A DNA stretch of 64,000 nucleotides from an uncultured bacterium (GCA_963813815.1 CAWFAD010000011.1:64001-128000); one strand, 5' to 3'; positions 17,658-27,382 are shown, counted from the stretch's first letter. Numbers and translations: made by a program. The notes: generated by a model not told the origin, from the sequence alone.

Positions 17658-19898
17658 GTGCAGGAACGAACCGTACATCCGCTGCATCTCGCCGCTCTCG
17701 GAAGCACCGCCATCATCTCGCAATCGATCTTCGTCCGCGAGCTGCTCGCCCTCTTCACTGGCACGGAGCTCGCCGTGGGCGGGCTGCTGGCGAGCTGGCT
17801 CTTCTGGACCGGCGCGGGCGCGATCGCGGGGGGGCGGGCGGCGGGGGGCGTGGCCGCGAGGCGCGACTTTTTCCGCCTCGCCGTTCTCGTCGCTGCGCTC
17901 GCGCCGGTGTCCGTTGTCGGCATCAGGATCGTCCGCTCCGCCATCGTCGTGCCGCCGGGGGCGCTCGCGCCCCTCGGTCCCGCGCTCATAGCGTCGTTTC
18001 TCGTCGTCGCCCCGTTCGCGTTCTCGTACGGATCGATCTACAACATGGCGTGCCTCCTGTGGCGGGAGCGGGGGGGGGACATGCGGGAGGGGGTCGCCCG
18101 GGTCTACCTCTGGGAGGCGGCGGGGTCGGTGTTCGGCGCCGCTCTCTTTTCGTTCTTGCTCGTGACGTACTTCTCGCAGCTCGAGGCGGCCCTCTTCTCC
18201 GGGCTTCTTCTTCTCTTCGCCGTGGCGATGATCCCGCCCCGCCCGCGCCGGCGGGCCGCGCGAACCGCGATCCTCTTCGCCGTCGTCTTCTGCTCGGGGG
18301 CGATCGCTCCGAGCGTGGACCGCTGGAGCATCGGACGCGTGTTCCCCGGCTACCGGATCGAAAGGTTTTACTCGTCGAGATTCGGCGAGATCGTCGTGGC
18401 CGACAGAGGCGAGGTGCGCTCGATTTTCTCCGGCGGCGCGCGCCTCTACTCGTACCCGGAGCCCGAGCGCGCGCAGGAAGCGGTGCACGTGCCGCTCCTC
18501 ATGCACCCGGCGCCGAGGAAGGTGCTCCTCATCGGAGGCTCCCTCGGGGGCGGTTGGCAGGAGGCGGTGAAGCACCCGACGGTCGAAGCCGTGGATTGCG
18601 TGGAGCTCGACGGGAGCCTCTTCGCTCTCGAGGGCGGGACGGGGTCGCCGCGCGACACGACGGTCGAGCGCGCCGGGGGGGGAGAAGGCGGAGCCTCTCT
18701 CGCGCGGCCGGCGCGGGTCCGTTTCATCGCGGGGGACGGGAGGTTTCATCTCGTCTCGCGAAGGGCGCGATACGACGCGATCATCGTATCCGCCCCCGCT
18801 CCGGTGAACCTGCAGTGGAACCGTTTTTTCACGCGCGAGTTCTTTGGGGTCGCGCGACGCTCGCTCGAACCGGGCGGCATACTCTCCGTCTCCCATCCGT
18901 CATCCGAGAACTTCCTCGGCCTCGAGGCGGCTCGCGCGCTGCGGTGCGTGGAGCTCACTCTGCGGGAGATCATGCCGGCCGTTTCGGCGCTTCCCGGGGG
19001 CACGGCGTATTTCGTCGCCGGCGAGGCGCCGTTCGATCCGGCGGTCATTCCGGTTCGCTTCGAGGAACGGGGCATTGATGCCGCATTCGTGAGCGCGGAT
19101 TACCTGCCGTACCGTTTCTCGCAGGAGCGACTCGAAGAGTTCCGGCGGGACCTCGATGGGGCCGGAGAGACGAGATTGAACAGCGACGGGAGACCGGCGC
19201 TTCCTCTCTACGAGCTCGCCGTCGAAGGAAGCAGAATGCGCTCGGGTCTCGCGCGGGGCGTCGGCCTCCTATCGACCGTTCCGGGCACGCTCCCGGCGAT
19301 CGTTCTCGGGGGCGTGCTGCTCGTCGTTTTCGCATGTGCGCGCGGGACGCTTCGTCCGAGGCTCGGGATCTGGTCGGTGGGTTTCGGAAGCTTCCTGCTC
19401 CAGCTCCTCGTGCTGCTCATGTTCCAGTCGCTCTCGGGACTTCTCTACCATGCGATCGTTCTCCTGACCGCTCTCTTCATGGCGGGGGCGGCGGTTGGGG
19501 CGTGGGGTTCCATCCGGAGGAAGGGATGGGGAACGGGAACGCTGCGCGTCGTTCATGCCGCCTTTGCGGCGCTCGCGGCGGCGCTCGCCGGTTGCGCCGC
19601 GCTGCTCGGAAACCCCGCGGCGTCGTATGGAATAGGATTCGTCGCGCTTCCGTGCCTCGCTCTCGGGGGAGGTGCGCTGACCGGGGCCTACTACCCGATC
19701 GTCGTGCGGACGGCGCTTCCGGATGACGGCGGCGCTCCGCCGGCGGTCTTCTACGGCTGGGATCTTTTCGGGGCGTGCGCGGCGGGGGCGGTGGGCGGAC
19801 TCTTTCTCTTTCCCCTGCTCGGCCTTCCGGGAACGGCGCTCTTCGTCGCGTGCGTGCACGCGCTCGCCGGGTTGCTGCTCGCGGGCCGCCGGTGGTAG
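17658..19898 (+). CDS. Polytopic membrane protein with central spermidine-synthase-like (class I SAM-binding) domain
   Basis: N- and C-terminal TM bundles flank SRFGEI, EAVHVPLLMHPAPRKVLLIGG, VELD, GDGR, NRFFTREFF and LEPGG. Confidence 0.85.
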   Translation: MQERTVHPLHLAALGSTAIISQSIFVRELLALFTGTELAVGGLLASWLFWTGAGAIAGGRAAGGVAARRDFFRLAVLVAALAPVSVVGIRIVRSAIVVPPGALAPLGPALIASFLVVAPFAFSYGSIYNMACLLWRERGGDMREGVARVYLWEAAGSVFGAALFSFLLVTYFSQLEAALFSGLLLLFAVAMIPPRPRRRAARTAILFAVVFCSGAIAPSVDRWSIGRVFPGYRIERFYSSRFGEIVVADRGEVRSIFSGGARLYSYPEPERAQEAVHVPLLMHPAPRKVLLIGGSLGGGWQEAVKHPTVEAVDCVELDGSLFALEGGTGSPRDTTVERAGGGEGGASLARPARVRFIAGDGRFHLVSRRARYDAIIVSAPAPVNLQWNRFFTREFFGVARRSLEPGGILSVSHPSSENFLGLEAARALRCVELTLREIMPAVSALPGGTAYFVAGEAPFDPAVIPVRFEERGIDAAFVSADYLPYRFSQERLEEFRRDLDGAGETRLNSDGRPALPLYELAVEGSRMRSGLARGVGLLSTVPGTLPAIVLGGVLLVVFACARGTLRPRLGIWSVGFGSFLLQLLVLLMFQSLSGLLYHAIVLLTALFMAGAAVGAWGSIRRKGWGTGTLRVVHAAFAALAAALAGCAALLGNPAASYGIGFVALPCLALGGGALTGAYYPIVVRTALPDDGGAPPAVFYGWDLFGACAAGAVGGLFLFPLLGLPGTALFVACVHALAGLLLAGRRW

Positions 19899-19900
19899 CG

Positions 19901-21400
19901 TCAGCGCAGCCCAAGCTCCTTTTCGGAGAACACCTCGGCGGAGAAGCACTCGATCTTCGTGCCTTTCTCCTTCCATGCGCTCTCGGGGAGGCCCGCCTTG
20001 ACGCACGTCTGCGCGAGAAAGGTCTCTCGATCCCAGCCCCATTCGACGGCGACCTGCGGCAGGAGCAGCCCGCGTTTCGATCCTCGGGACACGATGAGTC
20101 CATGCACGCCGACCACGATCGAGGCCGGATCGGCGACCGCCGTGATGGGGCTCAGAACCGATATCTCGATCTCGAGCCGGGGCAGCTCGGGGGCCGTGAC
20201 CGGATTGAACCGCCAGTCGCTGAACGCGGCCGCCCTGGCCATCTCCTCGATCGTGTCGAGAAGAGGCTTTACCGCCTCGATATACCCGATGCAGCCGCGG
20301 AGCTGCCCGTCCTTGTGGAGCGTCACGAAAGCGCCGCGCTTTTCCCGCAGAACGGGGGAGGGTGGAGGGGAGGGCATCGCCGGCGCCGTCGTGAGCTCGG
20401 CGACGATGACGGAGCGGGCGAGCCGCAGGAGATACGCCTTGACCTCGCGCGAGAGATCGGCGGCGGCCGATTGGCGGATCATGGCCGCCGACGCGTAGCC
20501 GACCACGCTCCCGCGATCCCCCGTCACGTCTCCGGAGTTGCCGTAGCGGAGGACCTCGCATCTCGTCGCGCCGAGCGCCTTGGCCGCCATCATCGCGGCG
20601 GCGGCGGGACCGCCGCCGCACGCCTCGCTTTTTCCGCCCTCGAGATCGGCGAGGAGGGCCTTTGGATCGAAGGCGGCGAGATCCCGCTGAAAGGTCTTGT
20701 CGAGGCCCCGCGCCTCGCCCTCGTCGTGAAAGTGCGAGAGGTCGGTGCTCGCGACGACGAGCGCCGAGCGGCCGGCGAGCGCTTCACCGAGGGCCTTGCC
20801 GAGCGCCTCCACGACGCGGGGCGACTGATCGCCCATCACGATCGGAACGAGCGTGAAATCTCCGAGCGCGACCTGGAGGAAGGGAATCTGCACCTCGAGG
20901 GAGTGCTCGGCGCGTTGCATCGGGCGTACGTCGTGCCCCTTCGAGTCGAGCCTCACGAGGTCGGACTTCGAGGCGACGAGCGCGGCGATGCTTCGATCGA
21001 CGGGCACGTCGCCGAGGGGAGTGCGGTACGCGGCTCCGGGAAACACGGAGGCGTACGGGAAATACTCCACGTGACTCGGCGAGATAACGACGACGACGTC
21101 GTAGTGTTTGCCCCGCACGAGGCGATAGGCATGCGCCGCGATCGATCCGGAGTAGACGTAGCCGGCGTGAGGCGATAGGAGGGCGACGACGTCGCCGTCG
21201 AGGGGTATCGCCGCCGCGGTGTCGAGGTACTTCGTTATCTCCGCGCGAAGCGCCGCGGCGTCGTCCGTGTAGAACTGGCCGGCGACGGCCGGCCTGCGGA
21301 TCGTGGTGTCCATGGCGGTTCCGTCCTTTGGGGCGCCGGCCGCGCCCGCGAGGAGCGCGGCGAGGAGAAAAGCGGCGCCGGCTTTCGGTCGAATTCGCAT
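19901..21400 (-). CDS. amrB: AmmeMemoRadiSam protein B (MEMO1) - protein A (AMMECR1) fusion with putative signal peptide
   Basis: MEMO part: RRPAVAGQFY, PHAGYVYSG, SPSH, EHSLEVQIPFL, STDLSHF, ACG, VVGY. AMMECR1 part: GAFVTL, LRGCIG, EISVLS, GLLLPQV. Alternative start at 21313. Confidence 0.92.
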   Translation of the reverse strand: MRIRPKAGAAFLLAALLAGAAGAPKDGTAMDTTIRRPAVAGQFYTDDAAALRAEITKYLDTAAAIPLDGDVVALLSPHAGYVYSGSIAAHAYRLVRGKHYDVVVVISPSHVEYFPYASVFPGAAYRTPLGDVPVDRSIAALVASKSDLVRLDSKGHDVRPMQRAEHSLEVQIPFLQVALGDFTLVPIVMGDQSPRVVEALGKALGEALAGRSALVVASTDLSHFHDEGEARGLDKTFQRDLAAFDPKALLADLEGGKSEACGGGPAAAAMMAAKALGATRCEVLRYGNSGDVTGDRGSVVGYASAAMIRQSAAADLSREVKAYLLRLARSVIVAELTTAPAMPSPPPSPVLREKRGAFVTLHKDGQLRGCIGYIEAVKPLLDTIEEMARAAAFSDWRFNPVTAPELPRLEIEISVLSPITAVADPASIVVGVHGLIVSRGSKRGLLLPQVAVEWGWDRETFLAQTCVKAGLPESAWKEKGTKIECFSAEVFSEKELGLR

Positions 21401-21402
21401 CG

Positions 21403-22575
21403 TCAGCTCTCCACCCAGATACCCGGTATCTTTTCGCCGCAGAAACGGCATGCGCCCCCCCGCATCTCGATCGCGGCGAGCCGGTATCCGCTCCGCTCGA
21501 TGATCCGATTTCCGCACCCGGGGCACAGCGTGTGCTCGGCGGCGTGGCCGGGGACGTTGCCGACATAGACGAATTTGAGCCCGGCCTCGCGGGAGATTTC
21601 GTAGGCGCGATCGAGGGCGGACACCGGCGTCGGAGGAAGATTCGCGAGCCGGTACTGCGGATAGAATCGCGAGAAGTGAAGCGGCACGTCGGCCCCGACG
21701 CTCGATACGAGCCGGCGGGCCATCTCGCGGATCCGCGACGGTTCGTCGTTCAGCGTCGGCACGACGAGATAGACGAGCTCGAGCCACGTTCCGGCGGCAT
21801 GGATCGTCTCGATCGTTTCGAGCACCGGCGCGAGCGTCCCTCCGCACACCTCCCGGTAGTACGAGTCGTCGAACGCCTTGAGATCGATCTTGATCGCGTC
21901 GACGAGGCCGCAGAGATCGAGGAGCGGCCGCTTCCGGATATAGCCGTTCGAGACGACGACGCTGCGGATCCCCTTCGCCCGGGCGATCCGCGCGATGTCC
22001 TGCACGTATTCGATGAAAACGATGGGCTCGCCGTACGTATAGGCGATCGACGGCGCGGACGCGGCGGTGGCCCGGACGACCATGGCGTTCGGAGAAACGC
22101 GGTCAGCGTCGATCTCCTCGGGGCTCGACTGCGAGATCTGCCAGTTCTGGCAAAACTTGCAGTCGAGGTTGCATCCCGCCGTCGCGATCGAGAGGGCCTG
22201 CGTTCCGGGAAGCACGTGGAAGAACGGTTTCTTCTCTATCGGGTCGAGGTGAACGGCGCACGGGCGGCCGTGAACGAGCGTGCGGAAAACGCCGCCGCGG
22301 TTTTCCCGTACGCCGCAGTGGCCTCGACGGCCGTCGGATACGACGCATTCGCGCGGGCAGAGGAGACAGCGCACGCGGCCCCCGGGAATGGATTCGTAGT
22401 AGCGGGCCTCGACGGGGAGATCGGCGGCGAGGGTCGAAGGCGCGATGAGACGCCCGGCCGCGGCGGATGCGAGAAGCGCCGCGGACCCGCCGATAAACGC
22501 CCTGCGGGTGAGGGCCGGCCCGAAAGGCCGCGGGGGGGAGGCGTGTTCGACCGGCTGTGTGTCAGGCTGGGGCAT
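21403..22575 (-). CDS. amrS: AmmeMemoRadiSam radical SAM enzyme with twin-arginine-like leader
   Basis: CLLCPREC, CGVREN, DPIEKKP, GCNLDCKFCQNW, YTYGEP, IDLK, LHFSRF, YVGNV, C-terminal CPGC/CRFC. N-terminal LTRRAFIGG. Confidence 0.93.
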   Translation of the reverse strand: MPQPDTQPVEHASPPRPFGPALTRRAFIGGSAALLASAAAGRLIAPSTLAADLPVEARYYESIPGGRVRCLLCPRECVVSDGRRGHCGVRENRGGVFRTLVHGRPCAVHLDPIEKKPFFHVLPGTQALSIATAGCNLDCKFCQNWQISQSSPEEIDADRVSPNAMVVRATAASAPSIAYTYGEPIVFIEYVQDIARIARAKGIRSVVVSNGYIRKRPLLDLCGLVDAIKIDLKAFDDSYYREVCGGTLAPVLETIETIHAAGTWLELVYLVVPTLNDEPSRIREMARRLVSSVGADVPLHFSRFYPQYRLANLPPTPVSALDRAYEISREAGLKFVYVGNVPGHAAEHTLCPGCGNRIIERSGYRLAAIEMRGGACRFCGEKIPGIWVES

Positions 22576-22629
22576 GACGGCGCTCCGTCGGCGAGATGCC
22601 TGTGAATTGCTCGGCGATTCGCTGCCGGA

Positions 22630-22658
22630 AGGATAGCAGAGCCCGCGTTCCATTGCAA
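22630..22658 (-). promoter_or_regulatory. Sigma70-like promoter of amrS-amrB/A
   Basis: Minus strand TTGCAA-17 bp-TATCCT with TG extended -10. Confidence 0.55.
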
Positions 22659-22694
22659 GATTGCGCGGCGCGGGAGAGCGGTGGGGACGCCTCG

Positions 22695-24029
22695 CTAGGA
22701 GCGTCCCCCGATCCGCATGAAGGACGCCCGTATCGCCTCGGCGGTTCCGGCGGGGAGGGATCCGACGCAGTCCGCCGTCGCCGAGGCGCCGCGCTCCTTC
22801 GCGCCGGAGGCGGCTATCACGATGCGGTCGACCGCGGCCCCCGAGGAGCCCTCGAGCGTGATCGTGACGAGCGGCTCCGCGACGCGCGGATCGCCCGGAT
22901 CGAGCGGCTCGGCGAGGATGCGTTCGAACGTGGTGGATGCGAGCTGGCGCAGCAGCGCGTTGACCTCCCACGAGCGAATCCCGGTCGAATCGGCTTCCGC
23001 GGTGATCCATTTCGTGCCGGCCCGGCGGAAAACGACGCTCGTATCCGGCGTTTCGTAGCGCAGGACGCGCACCGAATCCTCGGCGAAGAAGGCGAGGTTC
23101 AGGGCGCGGAGATTTTCCGGGGTCCAGTCGAAGGCTTCGAGAAAGCGCTCCTCGAGGAGAACGACCCTGTCGAGACCCTCGCGAACGGTGTGCACCTTGT
23201 CGCCGCTCTTCGAGCCGAAGGAGATGCGCGTGGTGGTTTCGCCCCGGCGGCCGAGCGCGAGGCTCCCGTAGGGGGAGGCGAGGCCGTAGGGAGCGAGCGT
23301 GTCGACGTCCTCGCGGACGAACCCGTAGATGATCGCGTCGGCGAGCGCGTCGACGTACGGTTCGATTCTCAGCCGGTCGGCGCGGGTCCTGTGGCCGGCG
23401 AACCACCAGTATCCGCCGTCCTTCAGGAGACGCAGGGTGCGCGATCCTCTCGCGATCGCGAGCGAGTCGATCCCTTCGAGGCCTCCCGGGAGGAAGTTCT
23501 TGTCCCGGAGGTGGAAGAGATTCTTGTTCATCACGTTGTGCGTGATCTCGCTCGAGATGAGCACGGGGCCGGAGGCGCCGATACGAACGTAGCTGTTGGA
23601 GCTCGTCGGCGTCTTGTCTCCGACGAAGAGCGTCTCGGGGGGCGCCGCCCCCGCCCGTCTGATGATGAGCGTGGCGAAAGGATCGACGAGTCCGTAATCG
23701 GCGAGATTACCGGGTTCGTCGATCTTCGCGCCCCGGCGCCCCGGCACGACCTGTCCGATGAAGGCGGTGATCGTGGGGACGTCTCCGGGGGAGGCGACGG
23801 GATCGACGATCCGCCAGTCGTCCCCGTCGTGTTCCACCTCGATCCGCTCCCTCTGGGGATTGATGAGCGTGAAGCCCGCGAGATCCTTCATTTCATAGAG
23901 AAAGAGCTTCGTGCTCTCGAGGCGCGCGCGTTCCTTGGCGGCGCGGGAGCGCTCCTCGACGAAAAAGTAATACGCCGCGACGGCCGCGAGCGTCGCGACG
24001 AGGATCCAGGTCGTGGGCTTGAAACGCAT
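22695..24029 (-). CDS. DUF4340-domain membrane-anchored protein
   Basis: N-terminal TM and repeated W.I..P / LADYGL..P / LAPYGLASP motifs. Follows a gldG-like gene. Confidence 0.8.
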   Translation of the reverse strand: MRFKPTTWILVATLAAVAAYYFFVEERSRAAKERARLESTKLFLYEMKDLAGFTLINPQRERIEVEHDGDDWRIVDPVASPGDVPTITAFIGQVVPGRRGAKIDEPGNLADYGLVDPFATLIIRRAGAAPPETLFVGDKTPTSSNSYVRIGASGPVLISSEITHNVMNKNLFHLRDKNFLPGGLEGIDSLAIARGSRTLRLLKDGGYWWFAGHRTRADRLRIEPYVDALADAIIYGFVREDVDTLAPYGLASPYGSLALGRRGETTTRISFGSKSGDKVHTVREGLDRVVLLEERFLEAFDWTPENLRALNLAFFAEDSVRVLRYETPDTSVVFRRAGTKWITAEADSTGIRSWEVNALLRQLASTTFERILAEPLDPGDPRVAEPLVTITLEGSSGAAVDRIVIAASGAKERGASATADCVGSLPAGTAEAIRASFMRIGGRS

Positions 24030-24041
24030 CGCGGCCCTCCT

Positions 24042-25592
24042 CTAGGCGCTCCGGCGCCGGTGGTAGATGACGAGGGCGCCGGCGAGGAGCACCGCCGCCG
24101 GCAGCCCGACGACGGGGAGCCAGAATACGACCTTCCCCTGATTGGCCGAGATGACGACCGGTTGGCTCACCGGACTGCGTGGGCGCACGGCGATGAGATC
24201 ATCCTCCTCGGCGAGCCACCCGATCGTGTTGAGAATGAGATCCTTGTTTCCCGAGAGCGTGAAGGAGGCGTTGGCCGCGAAATCGCTGTCGCCGAACGCG
24301 GCGATCTTGCCCCGCCGCGGTTTGGTCTCGATGACCGGAGCGGCGGGAGCAATCTCCCGCGTGGCGACGAGGGCCACGTCCACCGGCCCCGCGGCGTCGC
24401 TCTCGGGATCGAACTGGGTCTTTCCCGCGAGCACGTCGCTGAGGTTCGTTTCTCCGTAGGCCGAGGCGCCCGTCGATGCGAGCACCGTGACCGAGAGCGA
24501 CGGATCGTCCCCGGCGGAGGCGCGCAGAGCGCGCGCCTGCGGGAAGAACGAGGCGAAGCGGAAGTCGCGCGCGATCGGGTGGTCCCCGTAGCTGTTCACG
24601 ACGGGGGTCAGATAGTTGCCCGCGACGAGCTTGCCGAAGCGGTCGACGACGACGGTGTTCGTCGCCTCGATGCCGTAGGCGGCCAGCAGTCCGGCGAGGT
24701 TCGGAACGTCGGTCATCGGATCGACGAGAACGAGCGCCGCGCCGCCGCGCGCGAGATACCTTTCGATTAGCCGAACTTCCTCGGGAAAGAGATCCTTCTC
24801 GGGCCCCGCGACGATGAGCACGGCGCAATCGGCCGGCATCGAATCGCGGAGCGCGAGATACGGCCGGATCCCGTAGCCCTCCGCCTCGACGGCGGCCTTG
24901 AGCTGGCCGAGCCCCGCCGGCTCGAGATCGTCGATCGATTTTTCCCCGTGCCCCGTAAGGGCGTAGACGACCTTTTTCTCCAGTCTCGTGACCTTGAGGA
25001 TCGCGTTCGTGACGGCGTCCTCGCTCACGGCGAAGAGCCTCTCCTCGCTGCCGCCGCTTTCGACGACGATTGTGTTGTACTGAGTGATCTTGAAGCGCCG
25101 CGCCGCGACGGGATCCGTGTCGGGATCGACGAAGGAGTACCGGACGCGCGGGCTCTCGGCGGCGTAGGATTTGAGGAGATCGTCGAGCTCGGCGCGCCCC
25201 GGAGAAACGTCCTTGAAGAAGCAGGTGAAGGAGACGTTCCGCTCGAGGCCGTTGAGGATCTTCAGCGTCTGCTGGGAAAGGGAAAATCTCCGGTTGCGCG
25301 TCGTGTCCAGATATCCGCTGTGCCGCGTGGCGATGGTCTGCAGAAAGACGAGTATCGCGGCGAACGCGAGGATCGATACGGCGGCGTTGATCCCGAGACG
25401 GGCGCTGCGCCGCGAGCCCTCGGTGCGCTCGCCGCGGAGGCTCATCGCGACGGACGCCGCGACGAGGGCGAGCCCGGCCGCGAGCGGCAGCGCGGCCGCC
25501 CAGCCGCTCGACGAGAGGATGCCGTAGGTGACGGCCCCGATGAGCGTGAGCACGAGGCCGGCCGGACCGATGAGCTTCTTGATCCGTTGCAT
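24042..25592 (-). CDS. GldG-family ABC transporter auxiliary component
   Basis: DTTRNRRFSLS, VDPD, YALTGHGEK, GDSDF, GNKDLILNTIGWL, C-terminal TM. Confidence 0.88.
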   Translation of the reverse strand: MQRIKKLIGPAGLVLTLIGAVTYGILSSSGWAAALPLAAGLALVAASVAMSLRGERTEGSRRSARLGINAAVSILAFAAILVFLQTIATRHSGYLDTTRNRRFSLSQQTLKILNGLERNVSFTCFFKDVSPGRAELDDLLKSYAAESPRVRYSFVDPDTDPVAARRFKITQYNTIVVESGGSEERLFAVSEDAVTNAILKVTRLEKKVVYALTGHGEKSIDDLEPAGLGQLKAAVEAEGYGIRPYLALRDSMPADCAVLIVAGPEKDLFPEEVRLIERYLARGGAALVLVDPMTDVPNLAGLLAAYGIEATNTVVVDRFGKLVAGNYLTPVVNSYGDHPIARDFRFASFFPQARALRASAGDDPSLSVTVLASTGASAYGETNLSDVLAGKTQFDPESDAAGPVDVALVATREIAPAAPVIETKPRRGKIAAFGDSDFAANASFTLSGNKDLILNTIGWLAEEDDLIAVRPRSPVSQPVVISANQGKVVFWLPVVGLPAAVLLAGALVIYHRRRSA

Positions 25593-25594
25593 CG

Positions 25595-26365
25595 TCAGCT
25601 CCTCCAGTGTGTCGAGTCGAGGGACCGCATCGTCAAAAAGAGGAAGAAGGCCGTGAGAAAGATATAGTACGTGACGTCCTCGAGGGCGACGAGCCCCTTC
25701 GCGAACGAGTTGTAATGCTCGAGCAGGGAGAACTGCGAAATGACCTTCGAGAAGGTCTGCCCGACGAAGGGCGCCGCCCAGCCGATGATGAGGAAGAAGA
25801 GCGAGAGCCCGAAGGTCGCCGCGCCGGCGACGATCTGGCTGGAGGTCAGGGAAGAGAAGAAGATCCCCATCGCAATGAAGGTGCAGCCCATGAGGAAGAG
25901 ACCGACGTAGCCCGTGACGATCGGGCCGGGCTCGGGGTCGGAGTAGACGGCGAGCAGCACGGGATAGACGAAGGTTCCCGCGAGCATGACCGCGAAAACC
26001 GTGAGAGCGGCGAGATACTTGCCGGCGACCGCCGCGAAATCGCTCACGGGATAGGTGAGGAGCAGCTCGAAGGTTCCCTGCCGCTTCTCCTCGGCGAGAA
26101 GCCTCATCGTGAGGAGCGGAAGCGAGAACAGCAGCACGATGCTCATGTTTCCCATGAGCGGCCGCATGACCCCGTCGATGAGGTTGAGCTGGCCCGCGAG
26201 GTTCGGTTGCTGCGCCGCCTGAAAGGACAGGTAGTTGTAGTAGCGGAAGAAGTTGTAAAAGAAGTACCCCGAGAGCGCGAGAAAGAGCCCGATCATGACG
26301 TACGCCGTCACCGACTGGAAATAGTACTGCATTTCCTTGCGGTATATCGCCGCGACCGATCGCAT
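25595..26365 (-). CDS. GldF-like ABC-2 permease
   Basis: KEMQYYFQS, LTMRLLAEEKRQGTFELLLTYPV, GKYLA, SSLTSSQIVA. Confidence 0.9.
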   Translation of the reverse strand: MRSVAAIYRKEMQYYFQSVTAYVMIGLFLALSGYFFYNFFRYYNYLSFQAAQQPNLAGQLNLIDGVMRPLMGNMSIVLLFSLPLLTMRLLAEEKRQGTFELLLTYPVSDFAAVAGKYLAALTVFAVMLAGTFVYPVLLAVYSDPEPGPIVTGYVGLFLMGCTFIAMGIFFSSLTSSQIVAGAATFGLSLFFLIIGWAAPFVGQTFSKVISQFSLLEHYNSFAKGLVALEDVTYYIFLTAFFLFLTMRSLDSTHWRS

Positions 26366-27310
26366 TCAGCCCACCTCCTCCGTCACGAGCTGCAGGAAGA
26401 TATCCTCGAGCGAGAGCTCCTCGCCGTGGATCTCGAGGAGCGGCACGCCGCCGCCGACGAGGACGCGCACGATCTCCTCGCGCGAGTCGCGATCGCTCGC
26501 GCATTCGATCTCGATGGAGCGGACGCCGCCGGCGGGCGGGGCTTCTTTCACGGACAGCACGCCGTTGATTCCCCCGACGAGCGCCGCCGCATGGTTGGAG
26601 GGGGCGGCGTCGCGCACCTTGAGCTTCAGCCGGGACGATTTCGCGAGGCGCGCGCGCAGGTTGTCCGGCGTATCGACGGCGACGAGCTCCCCCCGATTGA
26701 TGATGATCACCCGGCTGCAGACCTGGCTTACCTCGGGGAGAATATGGCTCGATAGGATGACCGTTTTCTCTCCGCCGAGGCCGCGGATGAGCTGGCGGAT
26801 CTCGATAATCTGCTTGGGATCGAGGCCGAGAGTGGGCTCGTCGAGTATGAGGAGCTCCGGATCGTTGAGCGTCGCCTGCGCGATGCCGACGCGCTGCTGG
26901 TATCCCTTCGAGAGCTTCGAGATCGTTCGGCGCGGCACCCCGTCGAGGCCGCACCGCTCGATCGCGCGATCGACCTCGGCGCGGCGGGAGGGGACGGGCA
27001 CGCCCTTCATATCGGCGACGAACTCGAGGTAGCCGCGGACCGACATGTCTCCGTAGAGCGGATTGCGCTCGGGGAGATACCCGATGCGGCGGCGGACCTC
27101 CATGGAATCCTCGATGATGTCGTGCCCGAACACCTTCGCGGTCCCCGCCGTCGGAGGCAGGTAGCAGGTGAGCATTTTCATCGTCGTCGTTTTTCCGGCG
27201 CCGTTCGGTCCGAGGAAGCCGAGGACCTCCCCTTTGCCGACCCGGAAATTGAGGTTCTTCACGCCGACGTTCGTCCCGTAGTACTTGGTCAGCCGGTCAA
27301 CCTGAATCAT
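26366..27310 (-). CDS. GldA-like ABC transporter ATP-binding protein
   Basis: GPNGAGKTT, LSKGYQQRVG, ILDEPT, SSHIL, SLEDIF. Confidence 0.93.
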   Translation of the reverse strand: MIQVDRLTKYYGTNVGVKNLNFRVGKGEVLGFLGPNGAGKTTTMKMLTCYLPPTAGTAKVFGHDIIEDSMEVRRRIGYLPERNPLYGDMSVRGYLEFVADMKGVPVPSRRAEVDRAIERCGLDGVPRRTISKLSKGYQQRVGIAQATLNDPELLILDEPTLGLDPKQIIEIRQLIRGLGGEKTVILSSHILPEVSQVCSRVIIINRGELVAVDTPDNLRARLAKSSRLKLKVRDAAPSNHAAALVGGINGVLSVKEAPPAGGVRSIEIECASDRDSREEIVRVLVGGGVPLLEIHGEELSLEDIFLQLVTEEVG

Positions 27311-27382
27311 CCGTTTCTCCTCCCGGACGCCTCGTCCCGGACGAGGGAAGCTGGCGAATTCCCGTTCGGTATGAGAGTGATT

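Noticed and set aside
19901..26954. Apparent giant N-terminal extensions or fusions in the ORF track (648, 667 and 970 aa)
   Set aside because: The extensions overlap upstream genes in other frames. RBS and homology support starts at 21400, 22575 and 25592.
22695..27310. Gliding motility inferred from gld-like genes
   Set aside because: GldAFG-like ABC modules are widespread in non-gliding bacteria, and no gldJKLMN or spr genes are present here.
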